A stretch of DNA of 64,000 nt from Paramoeba atlantica (taxonomy: Eukaryota; Protista; Discosea), in NCBI GenBank assembly GCA_977017575.1, contig CDRNVI010000056.1, forward strand, positions 124,001 to 188,000. Direction: 5' to 3'. The translations under genes were made by a program, and so were the position numbers. Position 1 is the first letter of the stretch. Every line of letters starts with the position of its first letter. Positions 47,290 through 59,173 of the stretch are shown piece after piece. Below the pieces are notes generated by a model that did no database searches, had not been told where the DNA came from, and saw nothing but the letters and a program-made list of their open reading frames with translations.

Positions 47290-48150
47290 TTGATGCTCAC
47301 CTCTCTTGTGATAATCTCTTCTTGGACACAGGACGATGGACGCTCTACGAAACGTAGAAAGCGAAATGAGGACACATATATCCCTCCTCCGGGTGGGACA
47401 ACAAAGGCGCATAGAGTACGGGGAGCAAATTTACCACAAGAATATGAACTTGCACGATTCGTCCAAAATATTTCGAATTTGGATCCTTCATGGAATACGT
47501 CCACCCATGCATGTGATTGGAAGGGTGTGAATTGTGATGCTGAATTACACGTGTCAAAAATAATGTGGATGTTTATGGGTCTCTCGGGGTCATTGGAATG
47601 GAATTATCTATGCCGTACACTACGTGAGTTTGCTGGATGGGATAACAAATTTACCGGAAGCATGCCACTTGATGTTTTGCCTTTACAAATGACAATGTTG
47701 AACGTATGCGTCAACTCGTTTTCGGGCTCATTAGATCTGCCCCATTCGCATGGCGCAATGGATATGCTTATTTTGCACGAAAACAACTTTGAAGGGGATC
47801 TGGACCTCATCCACCTGCCTTTGAATTTGAAGTGGCTTCAAGTTAATTCGAATCAACTTTCTGGTGAAGTCGATCTTACTGGCTTACCCTCCAACATGGA
47901 ACACTTGAATATTTCGCACAATCGTTTTACAGGACCGTTGAATTTAGAACACTTGCCTTCATCACTTCAGTATTTCGAATGTCAGGGAAATCAATTCAGT
48001 GGTGCTGTGACGTTTGACCATCTTCCTGAATTCTTACTTTCATTTAGTTTGGCGGACAACACGGATCTTTACGGGGAAGTCGACAAAGCCATTGTCAACA
48101 TCCCCTCGCTGTGCGTGAGCGGTACTCAGATAACTTTACATGATCGTTAG
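47290..48150 (+). CDS. LRR-only protein (paralog 18) with KRRKR motif
   Basis: 286 aa; GRSTKRRKRNE, HRVRGANLPQEYEL, CDWKGVNC cap. Confidence 0.93.
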   Translation: MMLTSLVIISSWTQDDGRSTKRRKRNEDTYIPPPGGTTKAHRVRGANLPQEYELARFVQNISNLDPSWNTSTHACDWKGVNCDAELHVSKIMWMFMGLSGSLEWNYLCRTLREFAGWDNKFTGSMPLDVLPLQMTMLNVCVNSFSGSLDLPHSHGAMDMLILHENNFEGDLDLIHLPLNLKWLQVNSNQLSGEVDLTGLPSNMEHLNISHNRFTGPLNLEHLPSSLQYFECQGNQFSGAVTFDHLPEFLLSFSLADNTDLYGEVDKAIVNIPSLCVSGTQITLHDR

Positions 48151-48375
48151 CTCGGTTCCTTAACGCGTGCTACATGCGCATGTATGTGAATTTACAAACA
48201 GCTATGAAACAACGTTTATGGATCGGCATCTACAGAAGGGAAACCATCATTTGTTTAAAATGTCCATTGTGCATGAAAACGAATGTTAAACTCTTCATTC
48301 GTTTGCGGGTCGTACTACAGTATTATTAAAATGTCAATCAATCTCTCAGTAGTTTGTTTGCGCTGCGCAGCTCAA

Positions 48376-48465
48376 ATGATGACGTGCAAGCGTCCACGCA
48401 AAATACGAGGCGCTACCTTACCTCTGGAATACGAAGTCACGCGACTTAAAATTATTTTAGGATAA
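48376..48465 (+). pseudogene. 5' relic of an LRR paralog (leader motif only)
   Basis: MMTCKRPRKIRGATLPLEYEVTRL then stop. Confidence 0.7.
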
Positions 48466-48932
48466 AATATTTTAATAAAATATTTACCTAAACATTGAAG
48501 CAAAAAAAGTAACCTAAAATATTAGAAATCGTATCGCTTCATGTATACTTGGGACTCCAACTGGATTCCAATTTGAGGTTGGAATTATTTTGTGCTGATG
48601 GACCATACTTCGGAAAGATAAATGCAGATACAATTCGATAGAGAAAGATTATAAAAGGTCTATAAGTGTTGACTCTTTTACGTAACTCATTGTAGACGCA
48701 CTACGTGTCCATTGAATACGTTAAGGTTTCACATTTGCGACCTGAGGTTGCAGGAATGACAGCTACCCTACTTATTTAGTGCCTCGTTATGCTGACACCG
48801 GGTAGTGTCATCCGCATGACCTTGATCATCCTCACCCGAGTAATCTAGCGTCTTGTTACTTTTATGTTGACATTACATCAGTCGGATGCCCTGACCTTAA
48901 CTCACACGTGCTTAGGAGGTTGAACAGAACGT

Positions 48933-50040
48933 TTATGTTCGCACAGTTCTTCTTAGCTCATCGCAAGTTGAATATTGCCCGGGACTGCGCTTCATCTTTA
49001 ATGACGGCAGTGTAACTCCCGATCGCACATTTGATCCGTTGGTCCACAACATGTAGGCCCTTCTATCGAAGCAAGTCTGACAGGTGTTTTCTGTAGCGTG
49101 TGGAATTCGGTATCGTGGAGGAGCTTCCCGTGAGCCAACTGATGGGTTCATTCCTCCGTTCGTTCGCTCATTCACTTTTGATAAAGCACGGGCCTGGTTC
49201 TCGATATAGGAAACAATGGTTTTGTTTCCCTTATCGGCCGTCTCATTCAGCATCGATTTTTCGAGAGCGTTAGCCAAAACGGAAGCTGCTTCAAGCTCAA
49301 GACGTCGTGCAAGAAAAATGGATCCTGGCTTACACAGAAGCGTCCACAATCCTAAGCAAACACCTGCTTCTCCGACATTCGGAAGAGTGGAGTCCGCCGG
49401 ATTTTCCATCAACACGTTCGCGTAGTGGACCACGTCGGGGCGCGACCCCACCGCGTCCTTTACCTTTTGTTTCAGATCGGCTGTTAGCCACGCCTCCGTG
49501 CTGAAACCTTTTTGAGACAAGCTTTGATGCAGTAAGGTCCCGCAGCGAGGGTCCTCTCGAGTCCCTATAATGGGACGAAATACCTCCTCGAGGTCTTTTC
49601 GCTCGTTGTCTTTTGTCTTGCGGTCCTCGGGGATGGATGCGGTGTCATGCTTTACCACTAGCTCTTGCTCCAAGGCACAGAGTTTATTCCGTATCGCAAC
49701 AACAACTTCATTGGAAACGTCACTAGAGGACAAGTTTCCGGCTTCCAACGCAAGTAGACGTTTAATGACTTGGGATCCGCGGACACCACTGGCAGCGTGC
49801 CCAGCAGCGGTCTCAAGAATTCTTCGATTCTGTTTGATTCTTCGGTTCTGTTTGACATATTCGACTGCCAAGAGGATTACTTCTAGGAGGTCCTGCCGAA
49901 CCATTCGTTTCATTCCGCATTCCGCAGAGCTTTCGTTTCGTTCCGCTGCATTCGTTTCATTCCGCAGTGCTTGGTAAAGGCTTCCTTTAGGCCAGGAGTG
50001 CTGTACTCATCAGGAACAAGATTTAGAGCCGCCTCCGTCT
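48933..50040 (-). pseudogene. Unassigned, largely helical protein (326-aa ORF plus disrupted 5' part); possibly a gag-like ORF of a retroelement
   Basis: Homologous to the triplicated remnant at 30950-31635. The 5' part is disrupted by a duplication of cggaatgaaacgaatg and abuts a MITE end at 50052. Confidence 0.55.
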
Positions 50041-50051
50041 GGATACAAGTA

Positions 50052-50145
50052 CCGTAGACCCCCCTAGCAATAGACCCCCCCCCCTAGTAACAAGGATTTG
50101 ACCCTTTTTGGGCTGACCCCCAGTACAAGGATTTGACCCTCCTGT
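50052..50145. mobile_element. Orphan left end of MITE family C
   Basis: TA|CCGTAGACCCCCCTAGCAATAGACCCCC... plus TTTTGGGCTGACCCCCAGTA. Confidence 0.65.
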
Positions 50146-50195
50146 AACAAAGGATATGTCTTGTCACACATATCCTCCAATATGAAGAGGGTATT

Positions 50196-50530
50196 GCGGT
50201 GGTTGTAAAACTACCGCTCTACCCTCGATTATTGAAAAAAAGTGAACAAAAACGGTGAAAATATAAAGAGAAACACAGTAATATAATGTAATATAAAAAA
50301 AGAAGAAAAATTTATAAAAGGGGGCTCCGGTGGTCCAAAATTGAACAAAATGGGGGGTCTAGGGGTGGGGGGCATACCGCAAGAAATTTTTTTAAAAAAA
50401 TTATTTTTCGAAAATAATCCGCAGAAGGGGTAGCCGGGGTCTTGGCGCGCATTCTCCACCCCCCTACCTGGGGGTGACCCCCCCGCGTATCCGCAGGACG
50501 GGTCCGCCAAGTTCGGATTTTTTCGGAAAA
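50196..50530 (+). repeat. Repeat family A arm with terminal hairpin
   Basis: GCGGTGGTTGTAAAACTACCGC followed by the whole arm seen at 39476-39640 and 39880-40012. Confidence 0.8.
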
Positions 50531-50971
50531 AAAATTAAAAAGAAATTCAACTTGGCGAAAAAAATGGCAAAAAAATCATTTTTCCAAAATCTTTTACCCT
50601 GTTGTATTTTGAGAGTTTGTGACCTGTATACTAGATTTCTCGGAAGTTGGTTTCGCCAGGTATCCCTTCTTCGAGGCGTGGTGCGCCCCTCAAAATGACC
50701 CATTTTTGACTAAAAAAGGTGAAAAAGTATTTTTCGGACCCCAAGGAGCCTTTTTGGGTCGAAAGAATGGTGTGGTTGGAGTCGCATTCTCTACCCAATA
50801 CGTTCGGTACGCTTTCACTCCCGCCTACGAGTGCTTTCCCGCACGCAAATGTCGTATTTAGTGCTTTGAGAGCAAAAGTATCCAAACATCGCCCGATTTT
50901 TACCCGAAAATCGGCTATTTTTGGCTATAATGTTTCCGTTTTCGTCACCTTTCCAGGCTAAATTTTATTTT

Positions 50972-51050
50972 TTATGCTCTTCGTTAAACGCGGTGGTAGT
51001 TTTCAAAGCGAAGAGCGCAGCATGAGTGACTTCTAAGTTGAACTTAGAAG
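50972..51050 (+). repeat. Hairpin repeat family B, copy 4 (truncated)
   Basis: Left arm and loop are intact, then a perfect fold-back CTTCTAAGTT-G-AACTTAGAAG. Confidence 0.75.
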
Positions 51051-51559
51051 AAGAAGAGTTTGCTTTTAACCAAAACCAGGCAACGCTAGGATAGGGGGGG
51101 GGAGTATTAAGGGGGGTGGCGTAAGAGAGGGCAGAACAAATATTTACTAAAATTTATTATTTGTAAGTTGCAGCTCATATTTTTAATACATGAAGTAAAT
51201 GTCGTGTATGGTGAAACACGAAGAAGAGCGCGCGTACTAATGCAACAAGAAGCTAGTGCGGGGAAAAAGTGTAGAAGCATCGAACAAAACATGAAAAAAA
51301 ACACACAAAAAAAATCAGTGTAAAAATGAGTATAATAGCGCGCATACAGACTTATTTTGGATAGGAATTTGTATCCGTCATTAATTTTTCGGCCAGCTCC
51401 CATCCATCCGCGGTTGCACCTTCAAGCTGTACACTTCCTATCAAATTGGTTGTATATTCATAATCGGAATCTGAGTCACGGAGCGCTCCGACGGTTTCTT
51501 CGTTAGCACTTTGTTTTTCAGGAAGTGATGGAATTCCTGGTCCGCACGGCCACCATGAC

Positions 51560-51890
51560 TTAGAAAGATTCTTTCGGGTCAAAACATTTATTCACCCTAC
51601 TGAATGTGGCAGGATAGAACAGGAATGAACATAAATTGTTCACTACATGTATTCCACATTCATTTATCGTAGGCTCCTGCTGCATGACCGGAGCATGTCG
51701 AAGACGAACATCCTCCTTTGATTGACCAAGAAGGGGACAGAATAATTTTAGAAAGCACTGGAGGAAATCTTGACGAGCAATTGGAGAATAATCCTTGTAA
51801 CTATCAAATATTGTCAACAGATGCTTTCGGAGTTCGACAAAAAAAAATTGTTAAAAAGGAGCACCGCAATAATCCGTGAGTCGGGGAAAA
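51560..51890 (-). pseudogene. Ulp1/C48-like cysteine protease C-terminal fragment
   Basis: TIFDSY ... VMQQEPTINECGIHVV resembles the y.DS / QQ.N..dCG.fv motifs. The catalytic His was not found. Confidence 0.5.
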
Positions 51891-52717
51891 TTTGAGTAAA
51901 CACAGCGCTGAAAATCTAAAAGTTAGAGTCTTACCTGTGTTCAAAAGTTTCCTGTGTTTTGTTAGGGGCCGCGTGAGCCTTCTTCTGCCAAAGCTGAAGA
52001 CGCCGGGCTTGTGACCGCTATCAAGCGTGCTTCCCCCCTAGAGAGGTCTTCCTAAGAAGATAGTTTCATTCTAATGTCTTAGAATTGCTTCCATAATGAA
52101 ACTGACACAATTCCCTACAACGTAGACACATCTACTCTTCAAACGCCCCAACAAGCACACCCGAAGCGCCACGCAGCGCACCATTGTATTCCCCCCCACC
52201 GCATGCTTGTCGACCAGATAGAGAGTGTTTGAGGGGGGTGCCCTTTTTTTTGGTTCTCATAAAATTTTTAAAGTACTGTTCAAACTTTTTTTTAAGCTTT
52301 CAGCTTACTAATTCGCGTCTTATTTTGCGCCTTTCTTACTTCCTTGGCTCCGCAAGTCTTATATTGTTCTCCCGCTCTCTCTCCTTCCGAATCCTGACAT
52401 TGAACTTGACATTGAACGCAAATGAGGCACATGACTGCGCTGCACGTTGGCAATTTCGTTCTTATGCGCATCTTCGTGCAACACATCAAAAACAGTCCGA
52501 GCAGAAAAGGGGATTAGATGCTCAAGCACGGAATTCGACATACACTGTATCTCCGAGTACATACACTGTATCTCCGAAAATATGAAGTGGTTCTGCAGTT
52601 TGCCCACATGCGTGCCATTCCGAATCACCTCCCAAGATCTCCACGTTTCCGACGGGACTGCAGCCCACAGCGCGAGCAGAAAAAGACTTTAAAGGCTCTA
52701 GCACCGCGAATGCTATC

Positions 52718-53230
52718 TCATTCGAAAACAAGCCCCGATGAAAATTTAGGCCTATGGTAACCTGAAGTCAGATGTGTTCCTGGGCGATCTATGCCTGGGC
52801 GATCCATGCTAGGGAGCACTCGAATATCATCGAGGCATTGTGCTCTAGATATTGCTACTGTGAGCTTGGCGAGTTCCGGTCTCTTAGACCACGCCTTATC
52901 ATTTAAGTCAAGAATAACACCGTTCTTCACAATTATACCTTGTACTTTGTGATATACATAGGCAAATCCCAATTCCACTTGAAAGTTTTCTTGGGAAGCA
53001 TTATCATGGTTGAGCGCCGAGAGGCACCTCAGCTCTAATCTGGGGAGACTATAGCCCTTAGTTTCGCCAAAAGGTCTTGAAAGCAGAAACAGAATAGAAC
53101 TTATCATGGTGCTCGCCTTTTTGGCGTAAAATTCTGCACCTGACCCCTTCTCAATGCATTTCATAAAAAAAGGGGCTTTTCGTATATAACGAACACCATC
53201 AATATTGTCGTATGACAAATCGTCTGACAC
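52718..53230 (-). pseudogene. PIF1-like (SF1B) helicase C-terminal fragment, Helitron/TE-type
   Basis: FQVELGFAYVYHKVQGIIVKNGVILDL...LTVAISRA resembles FPl.lafA.TiHKsQG / YVAlSR (motifs V-VI). Confidence 0.65.
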
Positions 53231-53981
53231 AAGGTCTTCTTAGAACAGTGTTCCTGTATTTATAATCTACATACTATACAGGGTATATCATACCCTGGAC
53301 GGTAATAGGTGGTAATTACCACATGCGTGGTAATAGGTGGTAATTACCACTTTTCTATTACCCAATTACCATGACAGAACGTGGGCTGAAATTTACATTC
53401 AGGAAAAAACCATATGTTTACAGAAACGGTATCTTTACCTTTAGAGATCGCTTGCCTCTTTTCTCCATAATGCCCCCCTATACTGTACTTTGACAAGTCT
53501 TGTAACAAGCAACACCTACAGGTATTGTATGGAATGCAATGCAGTGACAAATAGTAAGTACTAATTTAAAAATTTACATGTATGAGTTTACAAAGGAAAA
53601 ACAATGAGAAAATTATAGACTGACGGAAAAAAACCTAGGTAAATCTACATGTATTTATTATTTATGTATTTATTATGTATGTATGTGTTATTATGTATGT
53701 ATTTATTATGTGGTTATTGAATGTATTGAATATAACGTTGCTAAATATAATGTGTACGTTTCGACAAATTATTATCACGATCATAACATGACACGCCATC
53801 ATGCTCGTCTGAAAAATCGAATTTCAAATATAAATAAACTATGAATCGAACAAGCAAAAAAGGGTGAAAGTGAAGCATTATAAAAAATATTTTTTATGTT
53901 TTTTAAATATTGATTTAAAACAAATGTGTTTTCTTTTAGAGTGTCTCAAATCAATAAAAACTTTTTTCACGGTTTCTCACT

Positions 53982-54302
53982 ATGAACTGCGCTCGTTGCA
54001 ATGATTTCGCGTGTACTGACACTTTTTCCTATAGTCTGCTCAGTTCAAAGGAGGAATCTCGCGTTGTTGAATGGATGAAGAACCATGGACTCTTGTACAA
54101 AGCAGTTACTTGCGCGAAACAGCATGCTCCTCTCCCTTGCAACCTTGTAGGAGAGCACTGGATATGCCCTGAGAGGAAAAACTGCCGAGGAAAACTCTAC
54201 TACCTACAACCTCTTCTTACTGCATTTAAGCGACGAACAGCAAAACAGGTGCTTCACGTTCTTTACGGAATGAACCCATTACCCATTAAGACGACTGTGT
54301 GA
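53982..54302 (+). pseudogene. Cys-rich fragment resembling a Merlin-type N-terminal zinc-binding region
   Basis: EWMKNHGLL...C...C...HWICPERKNC pattern. Confidence 0.3.
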
Positions 54303-54470
54303 AGACCTCAAATTAGTTTGCAGACTCGGCTTTCTGGAAGCGAAACCATAAGAAATAAGTAGTAGCGGTCGAAAAATAGAAAATTAAAAAAATGTTACTT
54401 TTTTTCAAAAAAGGCGCAATAATGCTTCAGTTTGACCCAAAAAAGGTTAAACTATCAGGGATATTTTAAT

Positions 54471-56330
54471 TCATATGCTCAGCTCCGATTCGCTCGTATC
54501 TGTATCACTAGGCGAACCATCTAAATCTGGTACTGTTTCGACCCTGCTGGGACCAACATAATCCAATTTATTTAAATTACCGCGAATAAACATCTGTGTG
54601 GCGATCACATCGCTGTCCAGAGAAGCCTGACGTGGGTTGTATTTCCATCCCATTATGGAAAGAAGAGAATCGCACGCGGTGACTATGGGTGGGACCCACA
54701 AATAGTGCTGAGCGGCACAAAAAATTGGAAACTGGACGGTGCCAACGTCTTCCCACCACTTCCACACCGAGGTATGCAACAAAGGTTTCAAGTGAAAATT
54801 TTTGCAACATGTGTACGAACACCACTCCTCCTCTGTAATGTGAAAAAGAGGTTGATCGCTTTGAAAAAGGTGCTTAGCAACTTCGACAGTGATAATTGGC
54901 CGTTCTTCCACGCGGATATGTCGACTTGACAATATACAATGTGTATGTTTCGGAGAAAAACTCATTACACCTTTCCAATAATACATGTAGGCTTTGTTTT
55001 CAAGTCGTTGTTTGTTCTTCTTCAGTGATTCCAATAGCGTTGTATTGCCATCCGTATTCTCTCCTTCTGCTATTAATCCCTGTATTATGGGGTAGGGAAT
55101 TAAGGCCATTGGTTCATCTGGCATGTCAGACAATTGCTTTAGTGAATTATGAACAATATTCAAATGTGTTAATATTTCATGCACTTGGTTCATGAGCTCT
55201 TGAGTACCATGATCCCTTATAATTTCGGCACATTTCTTGACTGATTCAGATGCACATCCCGAGTTGACTTCATCGGCATGACTTCATCGAGTTGGCTTCA
55301 TCGTTGGTAAATTTTCTTCGATGTACTTCAAACTTTCAAAATGTCCAATGCACCATCTTGTAGCCCCTCCCAATTTAGGGGCTGGAATTTTGTTCATACG
55401 TTTGGCGTGCTCAAGTGCTTCCAGAACTAGTGGATCCTTTTCGTGGAGAGAGTCAGTTCCACGCAACGTCAAAAGCAGCGATCCCACGGGCTGCAAAGAA
55501 AGCGAAGAAAATTTCTCTAGGGAAGTTATCTCTAAGACGCATAACGGGGAGTTTTTGAAAGGGGTTCATTGAATCTCGCGCTATAAGATTAAGAATATGT
55601 CCAAAGCATGATAACTCCTTAACGCAAGGGAGGGCCAAACGGATTCCATTGCATACATTACTCGTGTCCTCTGTGCCCACAGGTGAAATTCGATCATATA
55701 GCTCTTTTAGTTCACGCTCTGTGGCAGCTCGCGCAACGTGGTTGACACCACATCCATCTACCATAAGGTAACGTAGCTTCTGAATCGAATCTCCGAGTCC
55801 ACTTTTTGCAATCTCCAGTCCTTTGAATGCCTTGTAGCGTTTGTGATAAATTGGAGGAAGAACAAATGACTGATTTCCTGCGTATAAGACACTAATCAAC
55901 ACATTCTGGTGCTTTATGTTATCGATGCCGCCGTCAACAGCCAAGCCAAAAAAAGATGTATCGGAAACAGTCAGGTATATTTTATCCCAAATTTCTGTGG
56001 CCAAGCTCTTTTCTGAGCGATGGTACGTCTTTGGACTAGGAAGACATCTCAGGATATGCTCCGGAGGAGCGTGCGGGCGTGATTCTTCGTATGACTTAAC
56101 GAACTTTAAAAGAGCCTCCGTAGATAACTTAGATTTCGCACCCAGACACGGTAAAGTTTTCTCGGTAAAGCATCCGTACCTTTATTTAAGGCAGTTAGCT
56201 GCGGATTAGAGAGTTCCTTTTCTTTCAGAGACTTGCAAGTGGTATTCTTATGAGTGTAATAAGTTTGCTTACAGCGACCGTGAAAAACAGCGCCGCAAGC
56301 TCGACACACAACGTAGCATCTCTGGTTAGC
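54471..56330 (-). pseudogene. hAT transposase pseudogene (frameshifted)
   Basis: In order: CRACG..CKQ..H (BED-like), LPSPKT, LAVDGG, LMVDGCGVN, CFGHILNL (CxxH), ATRW and YLWVPPIVTACDSLLS...MFIR (dimerisation-like). Confidence 0.85.
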
Positions 56331-57034
56331 GGCATCTTTTAAAAAGGATGCAGATCCCTAACGATGATCCGTTTCCTTAAAGCACAATTTCGAAGAAGTA
56401 CTGTTAGTATTCTTGAAATCACACAAGACGTAATAAAAATAACAGGATAAATCTCCAAATTTAAGCGGGTCCTCAACGTTCCCAGACTGAACTTTCTTCG
56501 TATTGTTTGAAATATCAGTGACCTTTCTCATTGTGGTCAAGCTTAATTGGCTTGGTCCATCAGCCACCCGCTGATTAACAGCATCGCGCAGTTCGTTGTT
56601 AATACGACGTGCTGCTCGCTTCCGAGACCTTGGAGTAATATCTGCCTCTTCCGGTCATATCAGGATAGTAACTTGATTAATGAACAGTTTAAAGTAACTA
56701 ACAGTTATGACTTTGATTAAAAGTATACGAGCGTGGGAAAAAGTATGGGGAATAGTAAAAAGTTGGATAAAAGGTACGAACGCCCTTACGTAGGTCCCAG
56801 AGGCACAATAACATCGTATTTTGCACCACAAGAAAGCAGAAGCTCTGTATTAGTAGCGAAAAAAGCCCCCTGTATCACTTAGAACACAATTAGATAGGAT
56901 AACGTAAGACTTTTTAGAAGTCACTCTGTAGACTAAAATATGTGGTAATAGGAGGTAATAGGAGGTAATTACCGTCCAGAGTATGATATATACCCAAATA
57001 TAATCTACATACACCCAAATTGTATATAAAAATA

Positions 57035-57339
57035 CCGTATACCCCCCCCCAGTAACAGAGATTTGGCCATTTTTGGGCTGACCCCCAGTAACAGAGATTT
57101 GGCTCGGGAGGGTGGTTGGAGGGGGGAGGGGGTGTTTGAGCGGGTGGGGGTCGCTGGGCTGGGTGAGGGTGGTTGCGCGGCAGCGATTGGCGTAGTTGCG
57201 GGGATGTCTGGCCAGAAAATCAACGCACCCATGAACAAAAAAGGTCTTTTCCCACCAAAAAAGCATACCCCCCCTAGTAACAGAGATTCGGCCATTTTGG
57301 CCCAAAACCCATTCTATTACTCGGGGGGGGGGTATACGG
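57035..57339. mobile_element. MITE family C, 305 bp, TA TSD
   Basis: TA|CCGTATACCCCCCCCCAGTAA ... TTACTCGGGGGGGGGGTATACGG|TA. Confidence 0.88.
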
Positions 57340-57459
57340 TACCCAAACTGTATATACCCAAATTATCACGGCCAAGCTTAAGGTTCATCTAATAACAATC
57401 CTTAGTTGTTCTCTTTTTTTCCCTTTATGTCAATGCAATATCGATAAAGCGCATCCTCC

Positions 57460-58206
57460 CTAACGGTACAGTTGCGCACCACCACGAATGCGCATCACAT
57501 CACTTCGGAGGATTCGGAACACAAAACACAGAGAAAGAAAATAGAAACTGTGCGAGGCGGTCTTGTCGATCACAGGAATTACACTTGTTGCTTTCCGATT
57601 CGGAAGGGGGGAGATACAGAAGTCCGTAATTTTCTTTTTACCATCGATTTCCTCAATCCTGCACACATTTTCACTCCATTGGACGCCGCCACGTCTTGCA
57701 CGATGTCCTCTTTCATACTTTCGCTTTGACACGGCGACTTCATCGGCCTGGACATCGCGCCAGTTTTCGGGAAGTGACATGCCCAGCCAAGCGACGAAGG
57801 CGATTCCATAATCCAAAGTTTGAGTGAGGCGTGTAATAGTCTTTGGGTCAGCACCTGCTTCTTCACATATCGCTTTGCGCGTGGTCCCTCGATGCATCGC
57901 AATCAAGGTGAAAATCAGTTACTTAAAAGTTACGGATGATCGTTGACCTCGCCCAGATGGTATGTACGGGCATTCGAAAGGAAGTCTTTTCTTACACCGA
58001 GAAAGGCATAGGAAGCACTTGCGTCCCCCTTCCTTCATTAAAGCCATGATATGATTTTTACATTTCGAGCAAAGTGGTGATACATACGTTGGACCGTGTC
58101 GACGGGCCCACTTGTTTATTATTGCATCTTTCACTTTTCCTAACTCCATGACCTTTAGACCATTAACGCAATCAAACGTTTCGCATCCATCACAATCAAA
58201 GTTCAT
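57460..58206 (-). pseudogene. Merlin/IS1595-like transposase, N-terminal two thirds (split ORFs)
   Basis: Cys-rich ORF 57919-58206, then VQADEVAVSKRKYERGHRARRGGVQW...LPNRKATSVIPVID, matching the Merlin DE..KRKY.RG motif. Confidence 0.82.
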
Positions 58207-58461
58207 TCAGTTTTATTGCTTAGCAAGGGAAAAATAATTATGGAAAAGTCTGTAGAACACTGTAGAACATATTACTACTGCAAAAAACATTTTACAATTT
58301 TTTTTTGGGGGGGAAAAAAAGTCCCTTTTCACCAACGTTTTTTTGGAATCAGTTTCTATACCTTCGAAACCTGGTTCTTCTTCAGGTTGAACTGCCTCCG
58401 CAAGAGACATGCATCGACCAAAGAAAGGTCTTGCGGCTCATCTTCTAGAAGTGTGAGTATA

Positions 58462-59094
58462 CAGGGGTTGGCACTTGCACCTGGGGGGGTCTAAAATTTG
58501 TAAACACTGTCCAATTTTGGAAGCTAATAGCGCATTCGAGAGCTCTCTCAGAGTTACATGTCTTACAAAAATGTCTTACAAAAAACTATTAGAACACGGG
58601 GTAGAAATTCAAATCGTCAGATGGCTCCCAAACGAGATTTGTCATTTACATTTTATTCAATTTACCTTAAAAAAAGCTTGCCTTTTCTCTGGACAACGAT
58701 GGAACAACGCTTTCGAAAGCTACGAAGCGTGCTTTGGCGATCTGTGTTTTGCTCGTTTTCGTTGGCCACCACAACCGGGTATACCCTTTCTCTTGGGCTT
58801 TGGCACGTGCCTTGTTATGAACAGGGGCGTTGTCCATCGCTACATACGCGCGGTGCCTCCGCAAGTACTGAAACTCGCTTTCGTGGCATAAAAAGGGGGG
58901 AAAAAGAAAAATTGCCGAATTTTCACATCAAAAAAAATAATGGTTTTTATCATCGGATTAAATCGTTTAATTTGAGCGATCCGAATAAGCCAAAGACATA
59001 CAATTCTGAGAGAGCTCTCCAAAGCGCTATTGTTTTACAAAATTGAGCAAATTTTACAAATTTTAGACCCCCCAGGTTTGAGTGCCACCCCCTG
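58462..59094 (-). mobile_element. Tc1/mariner deletion derivative, 633 bp, TA TSD
   Basis: TIRs of about 43 bp: CAGGGGTTGGCACT..CCTGGGGGGGTCTAAAATTTGTAAA. Internal VAMDNAPVH motif at 58667-58864. Confidence 0.88.
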
Positions 59095-59173
59095 TATGTA
59101 TGTCTATGTGTGAGTATATCTACTTGTATGTCTGATTCTAGAAATTCGGTGACAGGATCTAATAAGATTTACT

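Larger units (their letters stand above)
53279..56995 (-). mobile_element. hAT-like DNA transposon, about 3.7 kb
   Basis: A 22-bp inverted repeat ATATCATAC(C/T)CTGGACGGTAAT with 1 mismatch lies near both ends. Subterminal GGTAATAGG(T/A)GGTAATTACC repeats; hAT transposase remnant inside. Confidence 0.65.

Noticed and set aside
40970-56330. Programmed frameshifting as an explanation for split LRR and hAT ORFs
   Set aside because: There are no consistent slippery sites; decay or sequencing indels explain the breaks more simply.
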